From NCBI GenBank assembly GCA_947494335.1, contig CANLUT010000001.1:537649-601648 (forward strand): DNA of 64,000 nucleotides. The letters are read 5' to 3'. The stretch comes from Oligoflexales bacterium (lineage in GTDB: Bacteria; Bdellovibrionota_B; Oligoflexia; Oligoflexales; RGVZ01). Positions within the stretch are counted from its first letter, which is position 1. Each line of letters begins with the position of its first letter. The position numbers were made by a program, and so were the translations under genes. Below the pieces are notes generated by a model. The model was not told where the DNA came from, made no database searches, and saw only the letters and a program-made list of their open reading frames with translations. This document shows positions 36,793 through 45,798 of the stretch, piece after piece.

Positions 36793-36821
36793 AATATGTC
36801 AAAAATGAGAGTCATTCTCAA
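36793..36821 (-). promoter_or_regulatory. Fur box overlapping a sigma70-type promoter of bfd
   Basis: 36801-36819 aaaaatgagagtcattctc matches GATAATGATAATCATTATC at 14/19 positions and is palindromic. On the minus strand: -35 TTGAGA, 17 nt, -10 CATATT. It lies 47-75 nt upstream of the bfd ATG. Confidence 0.6.
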
Positions 36822-36916
36822 TTAAATTTTTCAGAGTTTTGCACAAGTTTAATTGAGCAGGCTAAGAGATTGAAATTATTTGATTTTATAGGGATCGGCC
36901 CTATTCGCTGAACACG

Positions 36917-37309
36917 TCAGAGCGCGTCCTCGACCTCTTGGGGGCTGCAGTAGGGAAGCCGACACCCGGTAGGAATCCGTCGATTGACCATCTCGGAAAT
37001 AGTTGTTGGAGAGTGACCTTCGCTAAACAGACCTTTCGCAACTCGCAAAAAAAGGGCTTCAACTTCTGCGCTCAGATCCTGGTATGAATTGGTGTCCATG
37101 CGAGATGCCATTTTTGCGAGGTCTTCAAGCTGAGCTGTCGTCCACTTAGTTTCACCGCCAACCTCCATCGGATTTTTGATGGTTCCAGATTCAACCTCAA
37201 GAAGCATTATTTTCTGAATCATATCGGACGCCCATTCGGGGCATGCGTCCTGCTGAGTTGCAGTTTTGAATGACTGGGTGTCCATGTTGGTCTCAAATGT
37301 TGTTTCCAC
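36917..37309 (-). CDS. hypothetical protein
   Basis: 130-aa ORF with no recognisable motif. The coding call rests only on length and the absence of competing ORFs. Confidence 0.45.
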   Translation of the reverse strand: METTFETNMDTQSFKTATQQDACPEWASDMIQKIMLLEVESGTIKNPMEVGGETKWTTAQLEDLAKMASRMDTNSYQDLSAEVEALFLRVAKGLFSEGHSPTTISEMVNRRIPTGCRLPYCSPQEVEDAL

Positions 37310-37534
37310 GGAGATACCGCCTTGATCGTTTGTTTCATGAAATCAATAGAATGCACCGGGGTTTCTACCATTTTTATAGCGTTGCGCAAGCTTTTATCAC
37401 CATGGGCTTCACACCCCCGAGATCGCAGCGAAAAATCAGACTTTGTAACAGTGAAAATCGGTTTACCAGGGACCTGGCGGGTCTTAAACTCACGGGTGGT
37501 GCTACTTGGCCCCCAATGACAAAGGTAACCTGGC

Positions 37535-38158
37535 ATGCTTCATTTTTTTCATCATCCACTGTCTCCCTACAGTCGTAAGATTTTCTTTCTGCTTGAAGAA
37601 GCAGGCCATCCCTATGACCTGCGTACGGTCTCGCTTGAGAAAAAGGAGCAGAAGGACTCAAGCTATTTGGTCCTGAATCCTGCAGGTCGCGTTCCTGCAA
37701 TCAAGGACGGAGATTTTGCGTTGTCTGAATCAAATGCGATTTTGCGCTATCTCACCCGAAAGTATCAGCTCCATCAATTCTATCCGACAGCAGTCGAAGA
37801 GCAGGCGCAGGTAGATATGTGGTGGGACTTTTGCTCCAATCACATCAACCGACCTCTCATCGACCTAGCGTGGAACAAAATCATGGCTCCCCGTTATGGT
37901 GGTAAGCCCGATGCAGCAGTCATTGCCAAGGCAGAGAAAAATCTTGAACGTGATTTGCCCGTTCTCGAAAAACAACTTCAAGGTCGCAACTATTTAGTGA
38001 CAGCAGATCTGTCACTGGCTGATATCAATCTCATGCCTTTTGCGATCTACGCCAAAGATGTCATCCGTCTTGATGACTTCCCTGCGTTTAAAGCATGGAT
38101 CAACAGGGTTGAGGAGCGTCAGGCGTGGAAAAATGTCGTGTCCTATAGTGGCCACTGA
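37535..38158 (+). CDS. glutathione S-transferase family protein
   Basis: N-terminal thioredoxin-like GST pattern SPYSRK..., LNPAGRVPAIKDGDFALSESNAILRYL. Helical C-terminal domain. Confidence 0.85.
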   Translation: MLHFFHHPLSPYSRKIFFLLEEAGHPYDLRTVSLEKKEQKDSSYLVLNPAGRVPAIKDGDFALSESNAILRYLTRKYQLHQFYPTAVEEQAQVDMWWDFCSNHINRPLIDLAWNKIMAPRYGGKPDAAVIAKAEKNLERDLPVLEKQLQGRNYLVTADLSLADINLMPFAIYAKDVIRLDDFPAFKAWINRVEERQAWKNVVSYSGH

Positions 38159-38267
38159 TGGTTGTAAATAATTTTGAACTACGCGTCATGTGACTAAGGC
38201 GTGGCCTGTGCTCGAACATACAAGATCATCACTTCGGATAGAGCAAAAAAGACACCGACCACTGGTC
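38031..38267 (+). repeat. left copy of the duplicated GST/MFS convergent junction
   Basis: 38142-38267 aligns ungapped to 40105-40230 with 10 mismatches in 126 nt. Weaker, gapped similarity extends left to about 38031. Confidence 0.85.
38179..38267 (-). pseudogene. relic 3' fragment of the MFS transporter gene
   Basis: The reverse translation gives RPVVGVFFALSEVMILYVRAQATP*SHDA*, against the real C-terminus GPVVGVFFALSAVMILYVREQAAPQSQDA*. There is no ORF upstream. Confidence 0.8.
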
Positions 38268-38287
38268 TATAGATTGATGAGTGGTAT

Positions 38288-39859
38288 TCATGTTGATGCT
38301 TTGCGGCTGGCATGACGACGAAGGATATTTGGCTTTTCTGCCTTCACCATCGACTCAACAGATTTCTTAAACGTTCCGTATCGCTCGCGAGCAAGTTTGA
38401 ACGCAGCCGCATGCTCGACAATGGGTTCAGAATAATGAGTGCCGATGACGCATCCGACATCGTTCTGCAGGCTGAGCGGCATCTTGTGTGGTTCAGCAAG
38501 GTATTCCCTCGGAACATTCGCTAGTTCAGGCAGGTATTGCCGAATGAAATGTCCCTCGGGATCTTGGTCGATGACCTGCTTGATCGGCGAGTATATCCTT
38601 ATGGCATTGATACCGGTGGTGCCAGCCTGCATCTGAACTTGACTGAAATGAATACCCGGCTCAAAGTCGAGGAAATGGCGCGCAAGGAACAGCGCGGGTT
38701 TGCGCCAATGCAGCCAAAGCTGATAGCTCGCAAACGATATAAGCATGGCGCGCATGCGAAAATTGATCCATCCACCTCGGTGTAGCGCCCTCATGCAGGC
38801 ATCCACCATCGGATATCCGGTTTGACCTAGACACCATGCTTGAAAGTGATCGTCATTGAATTGCGACTCCCGCATTCCATCAAAAGCACGCATGACATTC
38901 TCGAATTCAAGAGCCGGTTCGGTCTCAAGCTTCTGAATGAAGTGACAGTGCCATCTTAAGCGTGCCTCAAAAGCACTTAGCGATAAAAACCACGTCCGTT
39001 CCACGGGTAGGCCAAACGATCGCTGTTCGCGCAACTCAGCGACGCGCGCACGGGTTGACTGATAAACCGTACGCATTGAAATGTTGCCCCAAGCCAGGTA
39101 TGGGCTAAGCCGACTGCAAACGCGGAATCCAGTCACTGGGCTTGACATGCCAAAGCTATAGGTCAATCCGCGTTCGTCGAGGAACGACCCGAGCATCTGA
39201 TGGGCCCTCATTTCCCCGGCTTTAAGAGCTTCCGGTTTTGAGAATCCGTTACTTCTGATGACATCGTTATCCGGAACGCCGGTCCATGGATATATCAACG
39301 CTTTCTGCTGGACAGTGAGTGGAAATTTCAAAGCAGGAGCTGGCATTACCTCAGCTGACATGTGCTGCTCCCATCTTTCTGCCCAGCCATCGCGCGACTT
39401 AAGTCGCCTGATTACACCAAATTGTCTGACTTCATGCCAAGGAATCGACTTTCCCTTGCACCACTCTGCGAGCATCAGATCCCTTTTGAAGGTCAGATCA
39501 TTTCCTGTTTCCTCATGGCTCCAAATGGAGCTGAATTTCCAGATGCTCCAGAGCTTTTCCAACCCGAAAATTGCGTCACCATGAAAAACCAAAAGATCGG
39601 ATCCAAGCCGGCGAAGGCTTGATTGAAGTTCGATGAGCGACTCGCGGATGAAGTCAAAGTGTGAGCGATCAAATTCCGGCGATGAGACCAACTCGGGCTC
39701 GATTATATACACACCAACGACCGGCCCCCGCTGGGCCGCATGGGTCAGTGCCGCATGATCTCTGATGCGCAAGTCACGCTTGAACCAAACCACCTGGAGT
39801 TGGGGTTCTGATGAATTTGTCAGCTTGAGGCTCACGGCAAGGTCTCCTACACTTATCAT
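38288..39859 (-). CDS. cryptochrome/photolyase-family FAD-binding protein
   Basis: N-terminal VVWFKRDLRIRDHAAL photolyase signature. C-terminal FAD-binding-domain-like region (WLHWRKPALFLARHFLDFEPGIHFSQVQMQAGTTG). AAAAGGA RBS. Confidence 0.8.
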   Translation of the reverse strand: MISVGDLAVSLKLTNSSEPQLQVVWFKRDLRIRDHAALTHAAQRGPVVGVYIIEPELVSSPEFDRSHFDFIRESLIELQSSLRRLGSDLLVFHGDAIFGLEKLWSIWKFSSIWSHEETGNDLTFKRDLMLAEWCKGKSIPWHEVRQFGVIRRLKSRDGWAERWEQHMSAEVMPAPALKFPLTVQQKALIYPWTGVPDNDVIRSNGFSKPEALKAGEMRAHQMLGSFLDERGLTYSFGMSSPVTGFRVCSRLSPYLAWGNISMRTVYQSTRARVAELREQRSFGLPVERTWFLSLSAFEARLRWHCHFIQKLETEPALEFENVMRAFDGMRESQFNDDHFQAWCLGQTGYPMVDACMRALHRGGWINFRMRAMLISFASYQLWLHWRKPALFLARHFLDFEPGIHFSQVQMQAGTTGINAIRIYSPIKQVIDQDPEGHFIRQYLPELANVPREYLAEPHKMPLSLQNDVGCVIGTHYSEPIVEHAAAFKLARERYGTFKKSVESMVKAEKPNILRRHASRKAST

Positions 39860-40016
39860 GTTCCTTTTATCACCAATGAACGCAGCTGGCTCAGCTCAAA
39901 ATCTCAGACGCCACGGTGCACAATCTGAAAGTACACATGTCAACGGGGGATTCTAAGGTGGCTCATGTCATTATTCACACCCGACAAGCTTTTAGTGCCA
40001 ACAGAAATTGTCAGGC

Positions 40017-40121
40017 ATTGGGCGCTTTTGCGGTGCATATGTTTTGGTTTTCGCATGAAAAAAAAGCTGGATGCAGGAGCGTCAAGCAAGGAAAACTGTT
40101 GTGGCCTATAGTGGCCACTGA
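40017..40121 (+). pseudogene. relic 3' fragment of the GST gene
   Basis: 40071-40121 translates to MQERQARKTVVAYSGH*, against the real GST end ...VEERQAWKNVVSYSGH*. The frame is broken by TGA at 40056 and by indels upstream. The 72-aa ORF-track entry 39916..40134 is a different frame across this relic. Confidence 0.75.
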
Positions 40122-40230
40122 TGGTTGCAAATGATTTTGAACTACGCGTCTTGTGACTGAGGCGCGGCCTGTTCTCGAACATACAAGATCATCACAGCGG
40201 ATAGAGCGAAAAACACACCGACCACTGGTC
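40017..40230 (+). repeat. right copy of the duplicated GST/MFS convergent junction
   Basis: See the left copy. The left part, 40017-40104, is degenerate with indels. Confidence 0.85.
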
Positions 40231-41482
40231 CAAAGAGCAGTGAAATTTTTTGTGTGACGTCAGGCGCAACAGAGGATGCGCCTGAGGTGTATCCAATAGC
40301 CTCCAGAAGATAGCCACCAGCTGCGATGGCTACAGCCCGCGCCGACTTTGCGACAAACTTCCAGAAGCCAAACACTTGCCCCATGGCTTGGTCAGAGATT
40401 TTAGAAACCTCAGCCACGTCTACAAGCAGAGACTCGAGTAAACCCGTAGACCCGAGCAAGATTCCTCCGACGATGGCCATGATCATGGGGCCAATGAGGT
40501 CTTTCGGAGGTAGGGCGGGATAGACCAATGCGGTGATAACTCCGAGTGCAAGTGTGCCAATAGCCACCAGCTTTGGCTTTGAGATGGATTTGGAAAACTT
40601 GACCCAAAGAGGCAAAGTGGCGCAAAGGCTAACGATAAAAACCAGTAGGACTTTTCCTAGAGCCTCTTCTGACAGTTCAAGACTATAGCGGTAATAATAA
40701 AGAGCCCAGGTGGAATTTAGTCCCTGACCCAGTGTCGCGACGAAGAATGCAGCCATGAGTATTTTGATGGGGTTGGCAATTCTAGCTCGCGGCGATGTTG
40801 TTGTCGGAAGATCGTCTCTCGTCGCGGAAGCTATTTGAGATCTCCAAACGCTGGCAATCGTTGCCGCGGCGCTGAGGATGCTGATCGCTGCAACAGCTTT
40901 GACGATTTCTGGCTGATTTTCTGTGGAATTGTAGCCAAGGCTGACAAAAATAACCGGCGTCAAAATTCCAACCAATAGTCCGAGCAGTGTCATCAAGGTG
41001 CGCCAGGCGTATAGGCTAGTGCGCTCTTCTTTTGTTTTTGCAAGATCTTGTCCGAGGGCCAAATGAGGAATCGACACCATCGTCATGGCGGAGTTTAAAA
41101 GAATATTCAGCAAGGTGATTTGCCAAAACACCCATTGGACAGATGATGTCTTGACGGATTCAACAAGGTAGATTTGAACAAATGAAACAGCAAGAATCGG
41201 CGCTCCTGCGATCATCCAAGGTAGACGTCGACCCATGAAAGACCTTGTTCGATCAGAGATTCGCCCGAGAATTGGATCTGCAAATGCATCCCACAAGACG
41301 CCTATAGCGACAGCATATCCTGCTAGATCTGCGGGGAGGCCGACGCGGTCGGTGAGAAAAATCATCAAATATAGTCTAAGGAAGCTTTCAATGGAGCTAA
41401 CACCGAGTTCGGCCAGCCCATAGGTGGCCTGGCGGCCGTGGGATAAATGGGGAGGCGCCATGGATGTTGTTTGTGCAGTCAT
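40142..41482 (-). CDS. MFS transporter of the glycoside-pentoside-hexuronide (GPH) type
   Basis: WDAFADPILGRISDRTRSFMGRRLPW motif and about 12 TM segments. ATG 41482 forms an ATGA overlap with the DUF1295 gene stop. Confidence 0.8.
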   Translation of the reverse strand: MTAQTTSMAPPHLSHGRQATYGLAELGVSSIESFLRLYLMIFLTDRVGLPADLAGYAVAIGVLWDAFADPILGRISDRTRSFMGRRLPWMIAGAPILAVSFVQIYLVESVKTSSVQWVFWQITLLNILLNSAMTMVSIPHLALGQDLAKTKEERTSLYAWRTLMTLLGLLVGILTPVIFVSLGYNSTENQPEIVKAVAAISILSAAATIASVWRSQIASATRDDLPTTTSPRARIANPIKILMAAFFVATLGQGLNSTWALYYYRYSLELSEEALGKVLLVFIVSLCATLPLWVKFSKSISKPKLVAIGTLALGVITALVYPALPPKDLIGPMIMAIVGGILLGSTGLLESLLVDVAEVSKISDQAMGQVFGFWKFVAKSARAVAIAAGGYLLEAIGYTSGASSVAPDVTQKISLLFGPVVGVFFALSAVMILYVREQAAPQSQDA

Positions 41483-42324
41483 GTCGTTGTCACATTCGTG
41501 AATACAAAAATGATGGCAGCCACGGAAATGAGTCCAAGCCAAAATTTCCACTTAGGGAAAAATGCAGGTGTTGCTGCAACGTACTCTGCATATCCGGGTT
41601 TATTCACTTTTAAGTTTTTCTCTAGCATTGCAACACCGCTGACATTGATAATGAAAAGAGTCATGACAAGTGGGCCTATGAGAGTCAGCCATCCGGTCAA
41701 GCTGCTCTCAGTAAGTGCAAAAAGACCAAATCCCCACCATTGGAGCGTATCGCCGAAGTAATTTGGGTGCCTGGTCACAGACCACAAGCCCGACGTCAAT
41801 AGTTTTCCTTTGTTGGTGGCATCCGACTTGAACCGCGACAGTTGGAGGTCACCGCCGGCCTCCAAAATAAAGCCAACTAGCCAAACCCAAATCCCCGCGT
41901 AGGCCAGTCCCTCGAAACCGCCGGCTCGAGGTGCTGCCAGTACATATATCACTGGTGCTGCCACAATTAACATCAGCGCGCCCTGGAGCATGAATACGCT
42001 GAGAAAGGAGTACCACCAGAAGCTTCCTCCGTGATGATTACGCATCTCAACGTACCGATAGTCCTCACCGTGACCGCGATTTCTAAAATGAATATAAAGA
42101 CTTAGTCGTAGACCCCAAATACTTACGATAACGGTCAGTAAGGTCATTTGGGTATTCATTTCGGGCGTCACCAAAGCCAAAGCCCAGGCAATGAATACGA
42201 ATCCGGCACCCCAAAAGCGATCAACAATGCTCGCATCTTTGGCGATAAGACTGATGATCCAAAGTGCGGTCATCAACGAGAATACAACGGACATGGCGAT
42301 TTGATAGGCACCCCAAAAGCTCAT
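41479..42324 (-). CDS. DUF1295 membrane protein (steroid-5-alpha-reductase/ICMT-like fold)
   Basis: LLTSGLWSVTRHPNYFGDTLQWWGFGL motif. Polytopic. Confidence 0.8.
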   Translation of the reverse strand: MSFWGAYQIAMSVVFSLMTALWIISLIAKDASIVDRFWGAGFVFIAWALALVTPEMNTQMTLLTVIVSIWGLRLSLYIHFRNRGHGEDYRYVEMRNHHGGSFWWYSFLSVFMLQGALMLIVAAPVIYVLAAPRAGGFEGLAYAGIWVWLVGFILEAGGDLQLSRFKSDATNKGKLLTSGLWSVTRHPNYFGDTLQWWGFGLFALTESSLTGWLTLIGPLVMTLFIINVSGVAMLEKNLKVNKPGYAEYVAATPAFFPKWKFWLGLISVAAIIFVFTNVTTT

Positions 42325-42482
42325 CCTAACCTCGACGCAAGATTATTGATCGACTCCAATGTTTATATGATCCGATGAAAACCGAAGTTTAACAAGGGTT
42401 ACTACCTGTTTAAGCACTAGATTTATTGGGGTGTCGTTTGCTACTCTGTGGGCGAATTCAAATTGCATAACAGGATGGAGCT

Positions 42483-43736
42483 GTGGCCAAAGTAGCCGTT
42501 GTTGGAGCGGGCATTTCAGGAATGATGACCGCATGGATGTTGCATAAGCGGCACGATGTCACTGTGTTTCAAAATCAAAATTATCTGGGTGGCCATACGC
42601 ATACCCATGACTTTGAAGCCGATGGTAAAGTTTGGCCCGTTGACTCAGGTTTTATTGTTTATAACAACAAGACCTATCCGAATTTTATTCGATTGCTCGA
42701 AAGGTTAGGTGTCGAAGGACGCCCGACATCGATGTCGTTTAGCGTAATCAGCGAGCGAGATAATCTTGAATATAACGGCACATCGATAAACGCGCTATTT
42801 GCGCAGCGAACGAATATCATTCGCCCGCGATTTTGGCGGATGATTTACGGAATTTTGGCCTTCAATGCAGAATGTAAAAAAATAGTAACTGAGCAGCCTA
42901 CCGACGAAACCTTAGGTGCTTTCTTGAAGCGCCATAAGTTTCCCGCTGAACTGGGGCTTTACTACATCAAGCCTATGACGGCTGCAGTTTGGTCTGCCGG
43001 TACGCGAAGTGTAGAAGACATGCCGATTTACTTTATTGCTCGCTTTTTTGAAAATCACGGATTTTTGAATATCGATGATCGTCCGCAGTGGTACACCGTT
43101 AAGGGTGGATCGAGGAGCTATGCGCGTAAAATTGCAGACGCCCTCGGTAGTGGATTCAAAATGGATCATCGTGTTGTGGGTATTAAGCGACAAGATGGAA
43201 AGCCCCAGGTGAAAGTCGATGGCCATGATTGGCAGCAGTTCGATCACGTCATTCTGGCCTGCCATAGCGATGAGGCATTGGCTTTGCTGAACGATGCAAC
43301 CTCAACGGAGCGCTCGGTCTTGGGTGATATTCCGTATGTGAACAATGACATCATCATTCATACGGATACCCGAATGATGCCAAAGCGAAAACTGGCGTGG
43401 GCAGCCTGGAATTATCACCTGTTTGATGCTCAGTCCGATGACGTTTCGGTGACATACAATATGAACATCTTGCAGGGTCATGAGTGTCCCACGCAGTTTA
43501 TGGTCAGTCTTAACTGCCAGGGTCACGTGGATGAACGTAAAATTTTGAAAAAGCTAACCTATAGGCACCCTGTATATACGACAAAAACCGTCGCGGCTCA
43601 GGCTCGACATGGAGAGATATCGGGAGTCAGTGGGACTCATTTTTGTGGTGCCTATTGGGCAAATGGTTTTCACGAAGACGGAGTTGTGAGTGCGTTAAGA
43701 GTTGTAAAAGCTGTAGATCCTGAGGTGAGTCTGTGA
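42483..43736 (+). CDS. FAD-dependent oxidoreductase (amine-oxidase/desaturase-like)
   Basis: VAVVGAGISGM...LGGHTHT dinucleotide-binding start. GTG 42483 follows AGGATGGAG. 417 aa. Confidence 0.8.
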   Translation: MAKVAVVGAGISGMMTAWMLHKRHDVTVFQNQNYLGGHTHTHDFEADGKVWPVDSGFIVYNNKTYPNFIRLLERLGVEGRPTSMSFSVISERDNLEYNGTSINALFAQRTNIIRPRFWRMIYGILAFNAECKKIVTEQPTDETLGAFLKRHKFPAELGLYYIKPMTAAVWSAGTRSVEDMPIYFIARFFENHGFLNIDDRPQWYTVKGGSRSYARKIADALGSGFKMDHRVVGIKRQDGKPQVKVDGHDWQQFDHVILACHSDEALALLNDATSTERSVLGDIPYVNNDIIIHTDTRMMPKRKLAWAAWNYHLFDAQSDDVSVTYNMNILQGHECPTQFMVSLNCQGHVDERKILKKLTYRHPVYTTKTVAAQARHGEISGVSGTHFCGAYWANGFHEDGVVSALRVVKAVDPEVSL

Positions 43737-44521
43737 CGACTGCTGGGGCATTTATGGATAATGCAGTTTATGAAGGTGTGGTGGAGCATCGTCGTCATGT
43801 CGAACGCCGTCATGCCTTTAAATACTCGCTTTATATGCTCTGGCTTAGGGTGTCTGAGGTTGATGATCCAAAGGCCTCATGGCCTCTGATATCTCGGGCT
43901 GCCTTTGCACCGGTCTCGGTTTGTCAGGGTGATTATCTCGCGCATCGCTCTGAGGCGAGTTTGAAGGATCGTTTGGCTGCCGAAATAAAAGAAAAAACTA
44001 AGGGCGATTGGGATGGCGAAGCCTTTATGTTAGCTAACCCGCGCCATTTTGGGTTTGTGATGAACCCGTTAGCGCTCTATTACTGCTTTAATAAGCAGCA
44101 AAACCTTGTTTACATTGTGGGTGAGATTACCAACACGCCTTGGGCCGAGCGTCATTGCTATGTGTTTGATATGATGGCCAGCCAGGATTTGAAGATCGCC
44201 AAGTTTTCGTTCAAGAAGACCTTCCATGTGTCACCATTTTTACCCATGGAGATGGATTATACTTGGAACCTCAGTCAGCCGGGAAAGATGTTGACTGTGA
44301 ATATTTGGAATCGTGTGGAGTCGCGAGTTGATTTCGAAGCCCATTTGATGTTGGCGCGTCGCAGTCTGTCGGGATTTGAGATGCTGCGACAAATGGTGCT
44401 TAGACCCCTCATGACATTTAAGGTGTGGCTTGGAATCTATGTCAATGCAGGAATTCTTTACGCGATCAAACGGGTTCGGTTTTATGATCATCCAAAACTT
44501 AAAGAAGGGGGTCCTTCGTGA
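43733..44521 (+). CDS. DUF1365 family protein
   Basis: YEGVVEHRRH...HAFKYSLYMLWL N-terminal signature of DUF1365. GTGA overlaps on both sides. Confidence 0.75.
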   Translation: MTTAGAFMDNAVYEGVVEHRRHVERRHAFKYSLYMLWLRVSEVDDPKASWPLISRAAFAPVSVCQGDYLAHRSEASLKDRLAAEIKEKTKGDWDGEAFMLANPRHFGFVMNPLALYYCFNKQQNLVYIVGEITNTPWAERHCYVFDMMASQDLKIAKFSFKKTFHVSPFLPMEMDYTWNLSQPGKMLTVNIWNRVESRVDFEAHLMLARRSLSGFEMLRQMVLRPLMTFKVWLGIYVNAGILYAIKRVRFYDHPKLKEGGPS

Positions 44522-45798
44522 GCGGTATCAATGAACAAGTCAATCTCTCCACATGGGGTGTCACATGGCTTGCCAAGCCTCTGAGAGCGCTTCTTCTGAA
44601 GCAGCTAGCAAAGATCAGTTACGGTTGCCTGGTCTTCTCCGAAGGCTCAACTTTAACAACCTGCGGAGTTGAACGCGCCGGTGAGCCAAAGGCCATGATT
44701 CGTGTTACGCGCGATTCAATATGGGAGCGCGTAGTGTTCGGTGGAACTGTTGGTGCTGCCGAATCATACATGGATGGAGATTGGAGCACAGACGATCTTG
44801 TAGCGGTCATCCGGATTTTTTGTGGCAACCGCGACGTCATGCAGGGGATGGAAGGTGGTCTTGCGCTGCTTAAGTGGCCGGCTCTTAAGATTTGGCATGT
44901 GATGCGCCGAGACACCATTGCACAGGCGCGCAAGAATATTGCAGCACACTATGATTTGGGTAATGAATTTTTTGATGCTTGGCTTGATCCGACCATGGCC
45001 TACTCCTGCGGAATTTTCACAAAGGAAGACAGCACCATGCTTGGCGCATCGCTTCGTAAAATTTACGCGTTGTGCGAGAAGCTGGACCTTACGGCGTCAG
45101 ATCATCTTTTGGAAATCGGATCTGGTTGGGGAGCACTCGCAATCTTTGCTGCCAGTAATTACGGTTGTAAGGTGACGACCGCCACGATCAGTCAAAATCA
45201 GTACAATCATGTGCGTTCCGAGGTTGAGCGTCTTAAGCTCGGCCATTTGGTCACCCCAGTGTTTTGTGACTACAGAAAGCTCACCGGCAAATACAACAAG
45301 ATTGTTAGCGTCGAAATGATAGAGGCCGTGGGCCACAATTATTTAGACACGTATTTCGAAAAGATCGGGCATCTTCTGACCAATGACGGGGTTGCAGCGA
45401 TCCAGGCGATCACCATCCGGGATCAGTCCTACGAAAATGCCATCCGTAATGTGGATTTCATTCAGCGTTACATATTCCCTGGAAGTAATATTCCAAGTGT
45501 TTCGCGCATGATGGAGTCGGTACGTGATTATACGGATATGGTGCTCACAGACTTTGACGACATCACGGAGCACTACAGCAAGACGCTTAGCGAGTGGCGG
45601 TCAGCGTTTTGGCGCGCAGAGCCCAGACTTAGGGCTATGGGCTTAAATGACCCAACGATGCGGATGTGGGATTTTTATTTTGCATACTGCGAAGGTGGCT
45701 TTTCAGAACGTGTCATTGGCGTGTGTCAATATCTTCTAACTAAGCCACAATACAAGCGCTCCAAGGCGCGCCTATATGGGAAAGGACACAATCTATGA
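44518..45798 (+). CDS. cyclopropane-fatty-acyl-phospholipid synthase family methyltransferase
   Basis: NIAAHYDLGNEFFDAWLDPTMAYSCGIF, LLEIGSGWGALAI (SAM motif), FAYCEGGF. Confidence 0.85.
   Translation: MSGINEQVNLSTWGVTWLAKPLRALLLKQLAKISYGCLVFSEGSTLTTCGVERAGEPKAMIRVTRDSIWERVVFGGTVGAAESYMDGDWSTDDLVAVIRIFCGNRDVMQGMEGGLALLKWPALKIWHVMRRDTIAQARKNIAAHYDLGNEFFDAWLDPTMAYSCGIFTKEDSTMLGASLRKIYALCEKLDLTASDHLLEIGSGWGALAIFAASNYGCKVTTATISQNQYNHVRSEVERLKLGHLVTPVFCDYRKLTGKYNKIVSVEMIEAVGHNYLDTYFEKIGHLLTNDGVAAIQAITIRDQSYENAIRNVDFIQRYIFPGSNIPSVSRMMESVRDYTDMVLTDFDDITEHYSKTLSEWRSAFWRAEPRLRAMGLNDPTMRMWDFYFAYCEGGFSERVIGVCQYLLTKPQYKRSKARLYGKGHNL

Noticed and set aside
37219-37700. Several 65-108 aa ORFs on both strands in the 225-bp region upstream of the GST gene, plus a possible long-range stem (ggtttacc...ggtaacc).
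   Set aside because: The ORFs overlap each other and the GST gene and have no RBS or motif. The sequence does not match the SRP, 6S or riboswitch consensus elements I can recall. I leave the region as unexplained intergenic DNA.
39916-40134. 72-aa ORF-track entry between the photolyase and MFS genes.
   Set aside because: It reads across the degenerate GST 3' relic in a shifted frame. It is better explained as a pseudogene remnant than as a gene.
42368-42394. TGATCC followed 16 nt later by TAACA in the divergent control region of the fatty-acid-modification cluster. It resembles what I vaguely recall as the RpoE-ChrR (ECF) -35 element.
   Set aside because: I cannot reproduce the ECF consensus reliably from memory. 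The -10 part is unconvincing, and no similar element precedes the photolyase or GST genes. It is worth a position weight matrix scan but not a claim.
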